64,000 nt of DNA from Octopus sinensis (GCF_006345805.1 NW_021833040.1:24425-88424), one strand, 5' to 3'. Counted from the stretch's first letter, positions 36,901 to 49,912 are shown. Numbers and translations: made by a program. The notes: generated from the sequence alone by a model not told the origin.

Positions 36901-37895
36901 TAAAGAAATTAGCAAGATTAGATTAGAAAAATAACAAAGGCAATATAGAATATACCATCCGAATATTTAGATACGAAGTTCGTTTGATGCAAACACAGGG
37001 ACTTAAGGACTTTAATGTAGGTCGAAAATTGTTTAAAATATTCACCGTTTGAAAACATTTTCAGTACATGAATGAAGACAAACTAAAAACACATACACGC
37101 CCCTCCCGACACAGACACTTAACCCACTCACACGACTCAAAGTCATTTTGCCTTCATTAAAGCACACATTTATTAAATAAAGGCTGTAAATGTGAAAAAT
37201 AAAACAAAAATTAAAGCTACACATGGCCCGACAAAACCCCATGAAAAATCTTTTGTGTGAAGAACCCCCATGAGCCATAACTAAAAACAACTGAACAAAG
37301 TGAATGTAAACGTTGGAAACACGATGCCGAATGGAAAACTGAAATTGTAGATTCTCCCTTCTAAACTTCTTGCATAATATGAATGACTCCCGACCAGGAA
37401 ACAGCGAAGGAACAAAAGTAACAGAATGCATTACTTCTAGACTCCATAAAAAAGAAGAGAGGATTGAGTTTCCTTACTGAAGCCTCGTGTCGATTAGAGA
37501 AAACGTTCAGTTATACTCGCCACTAAACATAATTTCGATGTAAGTAGTAGTGTTAACCAAGCCCTTTGACACAAAGAAGGAGCTGAGAAGCCCTGCTAGC
37601 ATTCCATCCACACCAATTTAATCTCGGTCAGCATTTGACCCTGGATTATAGTTCGATCTGAGAAATGAATATAAAAAAACATGTCAAGCAATCAGTAAGT
37701 AAATGTGCCAATCGCCAATGAAACTTTATGCTTCAGTCGCTGTAGTAGGTTGCACATCATCAGCGACGACATACAAAGCCCACCACGCAGTGGTTTCCAA
37801 CAGGAAAATTTCGTAAGCTCTAGAAATTATAATAAATCTCTAAACGAGGTATAAACAGTAACTGCACGACAACGTGAGTTATGTTTGCCATCTCA

Positions 37896-38053
37896 ATATG
37901 GCTAACCACTAAGGGTGGGTGTTACTGTAGCTTGTAGCCCCAGGAGAACATCGTCTCCAGCAGGCTTTAGGCACACTTTCTGAGCCAGCTGGAGACGTTG
38001 TTCTCCTGGGGCTACAAGCTACAGTAACACCCACCCTTAGTGATTCGCCATAT
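37896..38053. mobile_element. MITE-like GC-rich hairpin, 71-bp arms and 16-nt loop
   Basis: 37896-37966 versus 37983-38053, with 4 mismatches and AT/TA at both ends. Confidence 0.8.
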
Positions 38054-39077
38054 ATCTAGAAATTATGTTTTTCGGAAAACATAAATATAAACATATATAA
38101 CACTCGCCCCGATCTCGAACTTGCAGGAGACGAAGCGAAGCACAACTTCCACTCAATAAACTGAAACACGAAAGGTGTAGGCGTTAGCCGCCTCTGCTTG
38201 ACCTTCGAATGAGGCAATTAGCACTTACATCTCTCAAGAGATAGTAATCGAATCTTCAGTCAAGAAACATTGATTGACCTGCACAGCATATCGAGTTGGA
38301 AGTCTATAAAATTATCTTGGTTTAGGCTGATGGTGGCATCAAGTATTATGGTACCGTTTAGCTATACTTTCATAGAGTTCCACATAATTGAGCCGACATC
38401 ATTTGTTTATCCCGACACGGTAACCTAGCAACTAATATCGAGCTCAGTGCCCATGGATAATTGCACAAAGGTCAAACGCGAAGTTGCAGTTTTGCACTGA
38501 AACAGGCTGCACCTAAGACAGCTGAAAAGGAATGATGGAAGGCTCTGATGAGAATGTTCGATTGTTCAATATATATCCAGCCACCACAGAAATCTACTTT
38601 GCTGCCCATTTTGTTTGGATGACTCAAATTAGGTTAAGACATTGTTACGTAAAGACCTTCTTACATGAAACCAATAATAATTATATCGAAAGCAAGAAAT
38701 TTGTGCTAAGCATTTGAGTCAATTACACCATCAGCTTTATTTGACTGTTCCAATTCTTTGTTTTGAGTACCTGTTATTATCTAGGGCCGATAAACAAAAA
38801 GCAGCCGGCGACTGGTGTTTATCAAATCGAGTAACACAAATCCCACTCGAATATTTCATACCTGAAAGATAAGAGAGAAAACATTTATTCACTACGGTCA
38901 AACTTCCGTTCCATTCTATTCTTTTACTGTCCACAATATAAGGTACATGTCATATACTGATTTTGATTCAATCGCTCAATCACATTCTTTCCATCACACT
39001 GGTGTTTATTATTACAAACTTCATAGAAACTTTTCCTTTTTTTTCGCATTATTATTATTATTATTATTACTATTATT

Positions 39078-39295
39078 ATGGCGAGCTAGCTGAATCGTTA
39101 ACACGCCGGGAAAAATGCTTAGCGTTATTTTGCCCGTCTTTACGATCTCAGTTCAAATCACACCGAAGTCAACTTTGCCTTTCATATCTTCGAGATCGAT
39201 ACATTAAGTACCAGTTGAACATTGGGGTCGATATAATCGACTTAATCCCTCCCCAAAACTTTCAGGCCCTGTGTCTATATTACAAAGGATTATTA
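39078..39295 (+). mobile_element. SINE family A (tail type 2) next to (ATT)n
   Basis: Sequence match to family A. Confidence 0.8.
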
Positions 39296-39369
39296 TTATT
39301 CGATGAAAACTCGTGGCATATTTTGCTGATAATGGGAAGTGACACACATGACCAGAGCCAGTAGGCTAA

Positions 39370-40090
39370 AATAACATTTGTTTATTGGTCATCCTCAAAG
39401 AACCCTGTGTAGAATTTTTGCAGTTCCAAGCAATGCTGAATTTTGTACGTGTTCTATCTTTACATATGCACCTATCTTTTTGAGTCATGTTGATAGTTGA
39501 ATGCTGATGCATCCAAATCCGCCAGTTACAATTCGTATCACTCACTTCATTGAACACAACCTTTGTATTTCCCACTCCAAGTCGTCATGACTGTTTCGTT
39601 TTTCTTCTTTCTCTCTGATCCTGCTGTCAGTGGTGTCATACCACATCGATTATCATGCGAGTTTTTGTCTCTTTTATTCACTACAATAATGTCAGGTCAG
39701 GTGATCGCACCGAGTCATTGCATCCCACAGAATTTTGCAATCTTCACTGTCGGTGACCCCCTCTGGGGTTTTCTCATATGATGTCTTTGCTTTTTGTAGG
39801 CCGTTATTTCCACCGGGCTCCCAATGGATCTTTCTTGTCACATTATCATTTTGTCTTTTGTATTCACGTTGCGCTAATTCTGGGTAGTCGCTAACGAGGT
39901 ACCCCACCCTTTCGCCCCTCTCACCACGCATCCTGCATTTCTCGCTGTCAGTAACGTTGTCGGTTCTGCACTTCACATAGTTAGTCCTTAAAGACTGTTC
40001 TTGTGCTGCGCATATAAGAGCTTCTGTCTCTGTCTTTAGGTCAATCCTCATGCATAATCACCGGTCTTCTGCGTCTGTCTTGGCGTTCGT
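39370..40090 (-). mobile_element. R4/Dong-type (RLE) non-LTR retrotransposon 3' fragment
   Basis: LKTETEALICAAQEQSLRTNY...CRM..E...YKRQNDNV..KIHWE...KILWD, and the C-terminal SALLGTARILHRVL motif. Confidence 0.88.
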
Positions 40091-40319
40091 ATCTCTTGCA
40101 AATTGACCGTACATATTTGTTTATCGTTCAATGTTGTTTCGCTTTGTGAGTGTGTGTGTCCTTTTCCTCTAAGTTTTCCTTTCCTTAAACAATTATCAGT
40201 GTTAATGACGCCGTAGAATGCTTCCACTGTATATCTTGAATTCCACCGTAAGCTGTTTTCGTCTATTTCGATACAAACCTGGCAACTGTATAATATTAAT
40301 TATTATTGCTATTATTATT

Positions 40320-40790
40320 ATTATAAAGGTTCTAACCTAGCAAAACCGTTAGGACGCCGGGGAAAATAGAAGTATTTTACCCTTACTAACATTCCGATTT
40401 CTTATTGGACTCCAGTCGATTTTTCCTTTCACCATTTCGGGGTCGAGGAAATAGGTACGAGTTGAGCATTAGGATCGCTGCAATCGACAAGACTCCATGC
40501 GCGAGTAAATGAATTCTGACCTCGTGCCTGTAATAGAACAGATTATTATTATTATTATTATTATTATTATCATTATTAAGGTAGTGAGCTGGCAGAATCG
40601 TTAGCACACTCCACAAAATGGGTAACGGTATTTCTCCCGTCGCTACGTTCCGAGTTGAAATTCCGCCAAGGTTCATTATGCCTGTCATCCTTTTGTGGAC
40701 GATTAAGTACCAGTTGAGTACTGAGGTCAATTAGATCGACTGGCCCCTCCCGCTAAATTTCAGGCCTTGTGCTAATAGTAAAAAGGATTA
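40320..40790. mobile_element. Degenerate family A SINE fragments around (ATT)n; clear plus copy at 40578-40790
   Basis: Sequence match to family A. Confidence 0.7.
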
Positions 40791-41419
40791 TTATTATAAT
40801 TATTATTGCTTGTTGGGTGATAGAAACAGCAAACCATCAGACAAACAGCTTTGTATCATATTTGATTGTATAACATTACGTCCTGATTTCTTATAAAATC
40901 GCAGTCGATTTTCCTCTTTCATCTCGCAAGAAGTGGTCGATCATGTCAAGTACTGGGTGGGAGTGGGTCAATTTAATCGGACTGCACCACGTTACGAAGT
41001 CTGTGGCCTTTGTACCATTCTAAAAAAAATCATTAACGTTATTGATTCAACAATGTGCTCAATAAAGATTACTGAAAAAAACCATGTGATATCATATTTA
41101 CTTATTTATTGTTGTTATTATTACTTTTCTCTTTTACTTATTTTTTTTTTTTGCTTCCATGCCGTAAATTGATATAGATGATGCCTGGGGCCAAACGAAT
41201 ATTCAGCTTCATTCTGATATCTGCTTAAGATAATTTGATTTCTGGTAGGTATTTTTTTTAATGTTCTATTTTATGCAGAAGAACATAATATTTACTGTAT
41301 TATGCTCCTGGTTTCTGGTACAAAAAAATTTCTGTAGTGAGACTAGATATGTGAAATTATAATATTTTCTAATATTCGACTGATATATTTAGCTAGAAAT
41401 CATTAGGAAGAAATTGCTA

Positions 41420-43500
41420 TCAATGATAACACCGTCCATGATGACAACGATGACGCCGATTACGATGATGACGTCGACGACGGGGTTGATGATGATGTGG
41501 ATGAGGATGCGGATGATGAGGAAGAAGGAGAATACAACATAATGATATGTTATTTCGGAAACGAAGGTATTTATAGTGACATTGAGGTAAAGATAATATC
41601 AAAAAAAAAAAAAGAGCAGAAAAGGGTGCTGATGATGATGATGATGATGATGAGGGAAGGAATGATGATGACGATGTCGACGATGGCGATGGAATTGACA
41701 ATTACGAAGACGGAGGTTATAAAACTACATTTTTTTTCTGTTGCATTCAAACTTCGTGTTAATGACTAAGACGAAAACAATATCGATAATGATGATGGCA
41801 CAGCTGCTGCGGCTACTGTTATTGTTGTTGATGATGATGATGATGATGGTAGTGATGCTGTGGTGAATATTTAAACCAATCGATGCCCGTACGTTAACCG
41901 TAACAATTAATGAGTAATACAAGGACCACCACTGCTAAGTATTACTAATACAACAAATGATAACAAAACCGTAGTGGTAGTAGTAGTAGTAGTAATAATA
42001 ATAATAATAATATTAATGATAATAATAATAATAATAATGATAATAATGATGATAATAATAATGATGATGATAATAATAATAATAATAATGATGATAATAA
42101 TGATGATAATAATAATGATGATGATAATAATAATAATGATAATAATGATAATATAATAATGATAATAATAATGATAATAATAATGATAATAATAATGATG
42201 ATAATAATAATGATGATGATAATAATAATAATAAAAATAAAAATAATAATAAAAATAAAAATAATAAAACAATACGTGTAATGGAGTTTTTTTAAAGCAA
42301 ATGCCTCAGATGGTTATGACGACGATACGATGGTGATAATGACTGGGAATGATAAAGATGTTGATAACGAGGGTATTGCCCTTCTTGTTTGTAATGATGA
42401 TGCTGATGATGATGACAACGATAATAGCGACGTTGTTGATGATGATGAAAATGATGATGATAATGATGATAACGACGACGTTAGTGTTGCTGCTGACGAT
42501 CATGATTATGATGCTGCCACCGATGCTGCTGCTACTGCTGCTAGCACTACTATGATGATGATGATGATGGTGGTGGTACTATTAGCGGTGGTGATGGCGT
42601 CGATGGTGTCGATGAAATATCATGCAAATTGGTGCCTGCGTCTCAAAGATTCCCTGTGTAAATGGATATCGCTACTAACCGTAATTATCTCATACAATAG
42701 TCTTCATTCTTCGTTTGTTTTGTAATATTTTTCTTATTCTTTTTAATTATATTTTTGTACTCATTTGTGTATGTGTTTTTTTTGTTTTTGTGTGTTTAGT
42801 TACTTCTTCAACCCTCGCTGTTGTTATTGCTGTTGTTGTCGTCGGTGCTGATATAGCTTTATCCTTATTACGACCAGTACACTCGCTCGCTTGATGAGTG
42901 GTTCAAGAATAGATTGCATGGAATTAGATTCTTACAGAGATGCCCGGAATTTCTTTGATTAGAGAGTGTATTGGGAGATAGATAAAATCCCATTAATGAT
43001 AAATGCTCTGCAGTTATGTAAATATAACAATAAGAGAAACAATAACATTAGCACTAATAACATCGCTGATGATGATGATGAGGAAGATGAGAACAACAAC
43101 AACAATAATGATGATGATGATGATAATAATAATATTGATAATTAAGGTGATATTAAAGAAAACTCAAATATAAAATATAAAGATACTAAATAATAAGGAC
43201 AAAAAACAAGAACAGAATACAAGGAGAAGAAGAAGGAGGAGAAAATGAAGAAGACCAACAACATTAATAATAATAATGATAATAATAATAATAATATAAT
43301 ATTGATAATTAAGGTGATATTAAAGAAAACACAAATAAAAAATATAAAGATACTAAAAATAAAGAAAAGACGAAAAACAAGAACAAAATAGAAGAAAAAG
43401 AAGAGGAGAAGAAGAAAACGAAGAAAAAAGGGAAAGAAGAAGAAAACGAAAAGATGGAGAAAAAAGAAGAAAACGGAAAAACAGAAGTCCATATACAAAG
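41420..43500. repeat. Cluster of (GAT)n, (AAT)n and (AAG)n low-complexity tracts
   Basis: Blocks at about 41420-41700, 41970-42270, 42305-42610 and 43040-43500. Confidence 0.92.
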
Positions 43501-44119
43501 AAGTGGTAAAAAATATCACAGGAGCAATCCTAGAATATCACTTATCAGCATGTATTAATAATTACAAATTTGTATTGTCTTCGGGGACAATTCTCACACG
43601 TAGAAACACATTCGTTCAGTCACAGACATACTTATACACATATACACGCACGAACACGTATAAATTTGTATTTTATTATTTTTTCTGTGTATGACATCAA
43701 ACAGAATTGTATTAAATTATTCTGCGTAGTAAAGTTATTTTCGTATCTGCCCTTGTGGCAGATTAACATTAGTGGAAAACATCGCAGCTCAAATCACTAC
43801 TGTTAATTGGGCGGTTTCTATTAGACGAAAGATAGAAAATAGAACACAAGCGGAGACATACCTCTAACACCAACAAATATTTCAATATCGATAATATACG
43901 CAATTGCCTGTTTCAGATCTCGTTCACATAAACACCATTCTGGGACTAAATACATTTTAAACCCGTAATCTTCGTCCCTGTATCTGTGATCCTATGGCAC
44001 AGTGGCCGAGTATTGTTCTTTTTATCTTAAGCAGAGACCTGCACGTTTTTATCAACAGGTGAATCAAAACCGTAAACGGTGTACTGAGAAAAAATATATG
44101 CAGAACTGCATAGGATTAA

Positions 44120-44342
44120 AATCCTTTTTATGATAGCCACAAGACCTGGCATTTTCGGGATGAAGGCTGGTCAACAACACAACCCACAGTAACTGACTGG
44201 TACTTATTTCATTGAACACGTGTGAACGAAAGGTTAAGTCGACATTAGCTGCAGAACATACAACAGAAGACAGAACGTAAAACAGAATGTCGTTACGCTA
44301 TTCGGCGTGCTTGACAATGAATCTGCCAACTCACCGCTTTAA
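44120..44342 (-). mobile_element. Degenerate SINE family A
   Basis: tggtacttatttc, aagtcgac and tctgccaactcaccgc motifs. Confidence 0.65.
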
Positions 44343-44726
44343 CATTGGTTTAAAAAAAATTCGAATTAATAAAATGCCTTTGTTATTATTGCTGAGACAT
44401 CCGTATTGCGTTTTATATTTTCGGTAAGTAAAGAATCAATTGAGATGTGTTAAGCAATCGGGTGCATTCCGGCATCTTCTGTTAGAAGTTCAGAAACCAC
44501 TAAGTGCTGATGGGAAAGATGAAGCCCCTTACGATCGAAGCAAACTGTCTTACATGTAACTGTCCAGCATGGACACTTGAGTTTATAAACATTGTATATA
44601 AGTTAGCGAGCGAATGGTTTAAGAAAGGTTCCTTTCCTTATTATCCATTAAGTGGAAAATGGATCGGAACATATATCTATTGGAACGTAGAAGTATGAAA
44701 AGTAAACGTGTATATATATATATATA

Positions 44727-45115
44727 TACTAGCAGTATCGCCCGGCGTTGCTCGGGTTTGTAAGGGAAATAACTATAAAGCATTTTTAGAGAGTTATAAC
44801 CAAAAAATAGCAAAAAAATGGGGAAAAAAAATGATGGTAAATTTTTTTGATAGTTAAAAAGGTCGAGTTGCGTCCCCCTAGACCATCTGTGGTTTGTGTT
44901 TCTGATTGTCGACCCCATGCGGAATTTATCGATCTTTTTCAAAACTGGGGGAACTTTTCAAAATTTTCGCTGCGTTAGTTTTGAATTATGACATTGGGCT
45001 ATGTGTGTGTCAAGTTTCATCAGAATCGGTTGAAAGCCATGGTTAGAGTGAGGGTACAACCAAACAGACACACAGAAACACACACAGACAAACTGCCGTT
45101 TATATATAGAGAGAT
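44727..45115 (+). mobile_element. Helentron/Lep1-like non-autonomous element
   Basis: Same roughly 90-bp head as 12325. 3' end aagtttcatcagaatcgg...cagacaaac...tttatatatagagagat is Lep1-like. Confidence 0.7.
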
Positions 45116-45330
45116 ATAGTGGTTTTACTTATCTTATATTAAACTTTTAAATACTTTTTGATAGTTATATTTAAACAAAATAATTTTTAAAGTTTCAAAA
45201 TTTTATAATTTTAAATTTAAATATTTTAAATTTTATATATTTTGTATATTATATTAATTATTTTTATGTTTTATTTTATGTTTTTTACTGATTTGCCTAA
45301 TAGTGGTTTTATCTCTAATTTAATATATAT
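45116..45330. repeat. Degenerate single arm of the 17939-18224 palindrome family
   Basis: gatttgcctaatagtggttttatctctaatttaat is shared with 18187-18221. Confidence 0.75.
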
Positions 45331-45339
45331 ATATAAAAT

Positions 45340-45540
45340 TGTGTGGTTGTGTTTGTACCCTCCTCACCACCGCTTGACAAACGATGCTGGTGTTTACATC
45401 ACCGTAACGGTTCGGCAAAAGACACAGATAGAATAAATACTAGGCTTACAAAGAATAAATCCTGGGGTCGATTTGCTCGACTAAAGGTGGTGTTCCAGCA
45501 TGGCCGCAGTCAAATGATTGAAACAAGTAAAAGTAAAAAG
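45340..45540 (+). mobile_element. SINE family B 3' module alone
   Basis: cgcttgacaaacgatgctgg...gaaacaagtaaaag. Confidence 0.8.
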
Positions 45541-45630
45541 GCAAAATGACTGGAAGTGATAAACGGCTGTCTCCAAAATATAAAGTAAATTTGTTTTGTG
45601 TTTCATTAAACGATGTGTATCCCATTACAA

Positions 45631-45860
45631 GGCGGCGAGCTGGCAGAAACGTTAGCACGCCGGGCGAAATGCTTAGCGGTATTTCGTCTGCATTACGTTG
45701 TGAGTTCAAATTCCGCCGAGGTCGACTTTGCCTTTCATCCTTTCGGGGTCGATAAATTAAGTACCAGTTACGCACTGGGGTCGATGTAATCGACTTAATA
45801 CCTTTGTCTGTCCTTGTTTGTCCCCTCTGTGTTTAGCCCCTTGTGGGTAATAAAGAAATA
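45631..45860 (+). mobile_element. SINE family A, full length with 16-bp TSD
   Basis: GATGT(G/A)TATCCCATTA at 45612-45627 and 45861-45876. Confidence 0.95.
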
Positions 45861-45904
45861 GATGTATATCCCATTATTTAATCAAAGAAAAACCAAATAT
45901 CCTA

Positions 45905-46046
45905 TTCTTTTCTACCCTAGGCACAAGGCTCGATATTTTGGATGAGGGGGCCAGTCGATTAGATCGACCCCAGTACAGAAGTCGTACTTAATTTATCGAC
46001 CCCGAAAGGACGAAATGTAAAGTCAACCTTGGCGGAATTTGAACTC
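45905..46046 (-). mobile_element. Partial SINE family A (tail type 2)
   Basis: Sequence match to family A. Confidence 0.8.
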
Positions 46047-46299
46047 TGTATTGAGTAACCTCCATGCATTTGAACCAATTAACATTATTTTCCAGTATAA
46101 ATCAGTGTGCCATAATCTACAACTATTTTTCTTCAGTGTCTCTTACAGACTAGAAAACCGATTTGCACAAATTCCCCCATTTTCAGAAATAGGGTTTCGA
46201 TTCCCTCTAAGATTCCTTTTAGAATATACACTTTACAATGCCCAGAACATATGTTATAAAATACAGTTCTATATTTAAGAGATGAGGAATTATGTACAT

Positions 46300-46496
46300 T
46301 TTTTACATTATTTACATTTGACTTGACGCATATTTTTCCTCGTCTTCATTGTAGTTAATACAATGTTTCGGCCGATATACCCACCAGCCTTAATTAGGTG
46401 TCTTGGGGAACTTTTGAACCTCGGTTCTCATTCCTAATGTATTTTTCGATGATGTTGTTATTATTATTATTATTACTATTATTATTATTCAGGTGA

Positions 46497-46539
<43 letters not shown>

Positions 46540-46965
46540 CCAGGCTTACCATCCCTACAGGAAGTGCAAAAAATATGATTAACTGGAACGGCTCATGTAC
46601 TGTGAAGAGCATTATCGCTGTGAAAACAACATCCATCCATGAATATGTTTATTTATTAATTTTTAAATACATATTTTTTCTGTAAATTTGCGCGTGTAAT
46701 CTGGGAATGCATACAATGAGCTTCTCTGCCCTAGGTGTATGGAAAACACTCGGCGAGAAATGGAAGAAAATTTGAAGAAAGAAGGAAAAAACATAATAAT
46801 ATTAAGAATAACATCGAAAAATAGCATAGGAATGAGAACTCAAGTTCGAAATTTCGCCAAGACACCTGATGAATGCTGGAGGGTATATCAGCAGAAATGT
46901 ATTAACAACAAACAAGATGAGAGCAAATATCCGTCAAATGTGAATAATGTAAATAATCTGTTTAA
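46300..46965. repeat. Inverted pair of hammerhead-bearing Penelope-type repeats
   Basis: 46300-46455 (minus) and 46800-46965 (plus) are homologous. The plus copy has GACAC-CTGATGA-A-TGCTG-n10-CAGCA-GAAA. Confidence 0.8.
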
Positions 46966-48134
46966 GTTTAGCAAAAGTTTTAGAACAAGTATGGATTCTC
47001 AACAGAAACGCACGTCAATGCTTTGGGTTAAGAGAAAGCGTTAAGCATTCATTTATGGAATACACTTAAGCACACAAATGCAGAAATATATTTTTAACAT
47101 AACGAAGAGATGAATGGTTCATGTGAATTCTTTCCTCGTAAACCTGACAGCACACTACTAACTTGAAACGCACCACATGATATATCTCATGTCTTCTGCG
47201 TCACTGTTTACAAATATTTTATTTGCATGTAAGCAAACATAAAAGTGTATGAGAATATATGTGCACACACTTGTGTGTGGTTAAGACACTATGACAAATG
47301 TAAACCTAAGTCTGCGTGTTAACCTCTCTGTGGACAGTAAATGATTGATTGATTTATCTTGATTTCGAATTTAATTAATCAACATTAATAATAATTATAG
47401 CGACAAGAGTGAACTCATTTGTGAGGAGTAGGCTTTAATCGTTAGAACCATCTCCAGTAGTCGACTAGAATTATACTTTATCCAACTTGGATTGGAATGG
47501 TTACAGCTGGCTGGAATACCTTTGATCATATGTCTGCTCAATCGAGTCTGACCTCGTTCCAGACAACACCGATAATAATATTGTAACATTAATCATGTGT
47601 GTAGTTCTGTCACATGATCGTAATATTTGATGAAGAATTTTATTTTATTGAATTGACACTGATATTTAAATTTATTTCATTCATTCTTTATTATATTACT
47701 CAGTCATCTCTTAAATAAACAGTCATAAGACAAATGTGAAACAAGATGCAAAGATTTTAATACAAAACTTATTCACGAACTTATTTCCCTTGAGTTTTCG
47801 ATTTGTATTTCGGTTTAGACACTTCTTTAATGAAGTAACATACACACCAAACACAAGTACATAGATTGTAGTGGTTAATGCCAGGTCAATCCATGTGGTA
47901 AAGGACAGAAACAAAGTAAATCCAAACATGAACATCCGTTATTTTCGGACTTGTGTAATTTGCTTTACATACACAAATGCTGACGGTGTAAATCTGACGC
48001 CGTCCTGTCGCTACATATCATTTGCATTGTGGTACATCTTGTTTCAAAGTTTGAACACGGCCGCTTTCTCAATCAGAGAAAGATAGAGAAACGTACGTGG
48101 GGGCTGAAGTAGTGGTTGTAGAAGAATACGTAGA

Positions 48135-48435
48135 AACGTTACTGGTACATGTATTAATCTAACTACCACCGAAAGATAAAAGGCAAAGTTGATCTCTGTG
48201 ACGTTTGAAAGCGGAACATAGTGAGTCAAAACCAATAACAATGAATTTTATTCTAAACTCTATTCTAAAGCAGTTCTGTTATGTTTTAATAGTTTGTCCT
48301 TAATTAAATTCTGCCGGGGTTGACTTTGCCTTTTATAGATTCGGGGGTCTATAAATTAATTAATAGTTGATTACAGAGGTCGATAAAATCGACACATAAA
48401 CTACTCGGAATTACTTACATTGTGCCAAAATTTGA
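48135..48435. mobile_element. Two degenerate family A fragments (minus then plus)
   Basis: aggcaaagttgatctctg and ggggttgactttgcc motifs. Confidence 0.6.
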
Positions 48436-48699
48436 AACCATGGTTTTTAAATATATACATCAGTCACTCCATCTTTCCTGCTTCAGGTGTAATTTTTAAG
48501 GAAAAATAGGCAACATTTCACTGCTAAACCCTTGTTAGGTCGTAGAAAATAAGTATTCTTGGTGGTTGGAACCCATCGGCGTACACAGCTCGCCGAATTG
48601 TAAATGCGATCCATATTCATGTAGAAATAACTTTTATATTTGTTCCATCTACGTCTAAATACTTGATATATATAAATTAAGTTTGCCACATACCTAATA

Positions 48700-48900
48700 G
48701 TAGAGGCACATGACCTAGTGGTGAGAGCAGCGGAGTCGCAGGTTCGAATTTCAAACCGGGTGATGTGTGCGTTTATGATCGAAACACCTAAGCTCCACGC
48801 GTCTCCGGCAGAAGTTAATGGCGAACTTCTGCTGACTCTTTCGCTACAACTTTCTCTCATTCTTTCCTCCTGCATCTTGCAGCTCACCTGCGACGGTGGG
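48700..48900 (+). mobile_element. SINE family C, degenerate
   Basis: Head gtagaggcacatgacctagtggtgagagcagcggagtcgc. Confidence 0.75.
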
Positions 48901-49444
48901 AAACCGGCCCTGTGAACCAGGCGTGGCTCAAGAAGGAACAAACAAACATAAAGACACACAAAATGTAAATCGGTATATTTTATTTTGCCCTATATTCGCC
49001 ACATTCAAACCGAGTTATTTCGATTTACAGTATGATCACAGGGCACTAACACGTCACACGAACTACTCTGGTGACCATATTCAGCCTCAAAGATAAACTA
49101 AATCCCGGCCGTTGTTAAACTAATAGAATTTGATGGCATATAATTCGAACCTGTGACATTAAGCGAAAGAATTGCTCCAGTCATAACTCAGGTACTAATT
49201 TCAGCTAAAGAGACTAACGATCATGAAAAGATGAATTTTAGTCAGATCTACCAATCTGAGTTTCATGTGACCCTGAACTTCACAATGTAATTCGTCGCAA
49301 AAGACTAAATACACGGACTAGTAACGATGTGGTTACGAACGACACTTGTCACGATTACAATTATATTCTAGTGTAGCTGTGGATTGATTAATCTCATGAG
49401 AAGGAATTTGGTGGACGGGAAATTTGTGGACAGACCGTCATATC

Positions 49445-49666
49445 TCTTTACTCTTTTACTATTTACATGTTTCAGTCATTTGACCGCAGCCATGCTGGAG
49501 CACCGCCTTAAATCGAGCAACTCGACCTCGAGACTTATTTTTTTGTAAGCCCAGTACTTATTCTATCGGTCTCTTTTGCCGAACTGCTAAGTGACAGGGA
49601 CATAAACACACCAGCATCGGTTGTCAAGTAATGCTAGGGGGACAAACACAGACACACAAACAAACG

Positions 49667-49704
<38 letters not shown>

Positions 49705-49832
49705 CATATATACGACGGGCTTCTTTCAGTTTTCGTCTACCAAATCCACTCACAACGCTTTGGTCGGCCCGAGGCTATAGTAGAAGACACTTGCCCAAGG
49801 TTCCACGCAGTGGGACTGAACCCGGAACCATG
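49445..49832 (-). mobile_element. SINE family B, slightly 5'-truncated
   Basis: Sequence match to family B. Confidence 0.9.
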
Positions 49833-49858
49833 TAGTTTGATCTTTTAATATTTTTATT

Positions 49859-49909
<51 letters not shown>

Positions 49910-49912
<3 letters not shown>

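Noticed and set aside
37042-37431. 129-aa minus-strand ORF
   Set aside because: No recognisable motif; the composition is typical of T-rich non-coding DNA.
41420-43519. Asp-, Met- and Ile-rich ORFs resembling acidic biomineral proteins (also 4196-4459, 59231-59914)
   Set aside because: They come from (GAT)/(AAT) trinucleotide tracts, with frames switching between poly-D, poly-M and poly-I and no exon structure.
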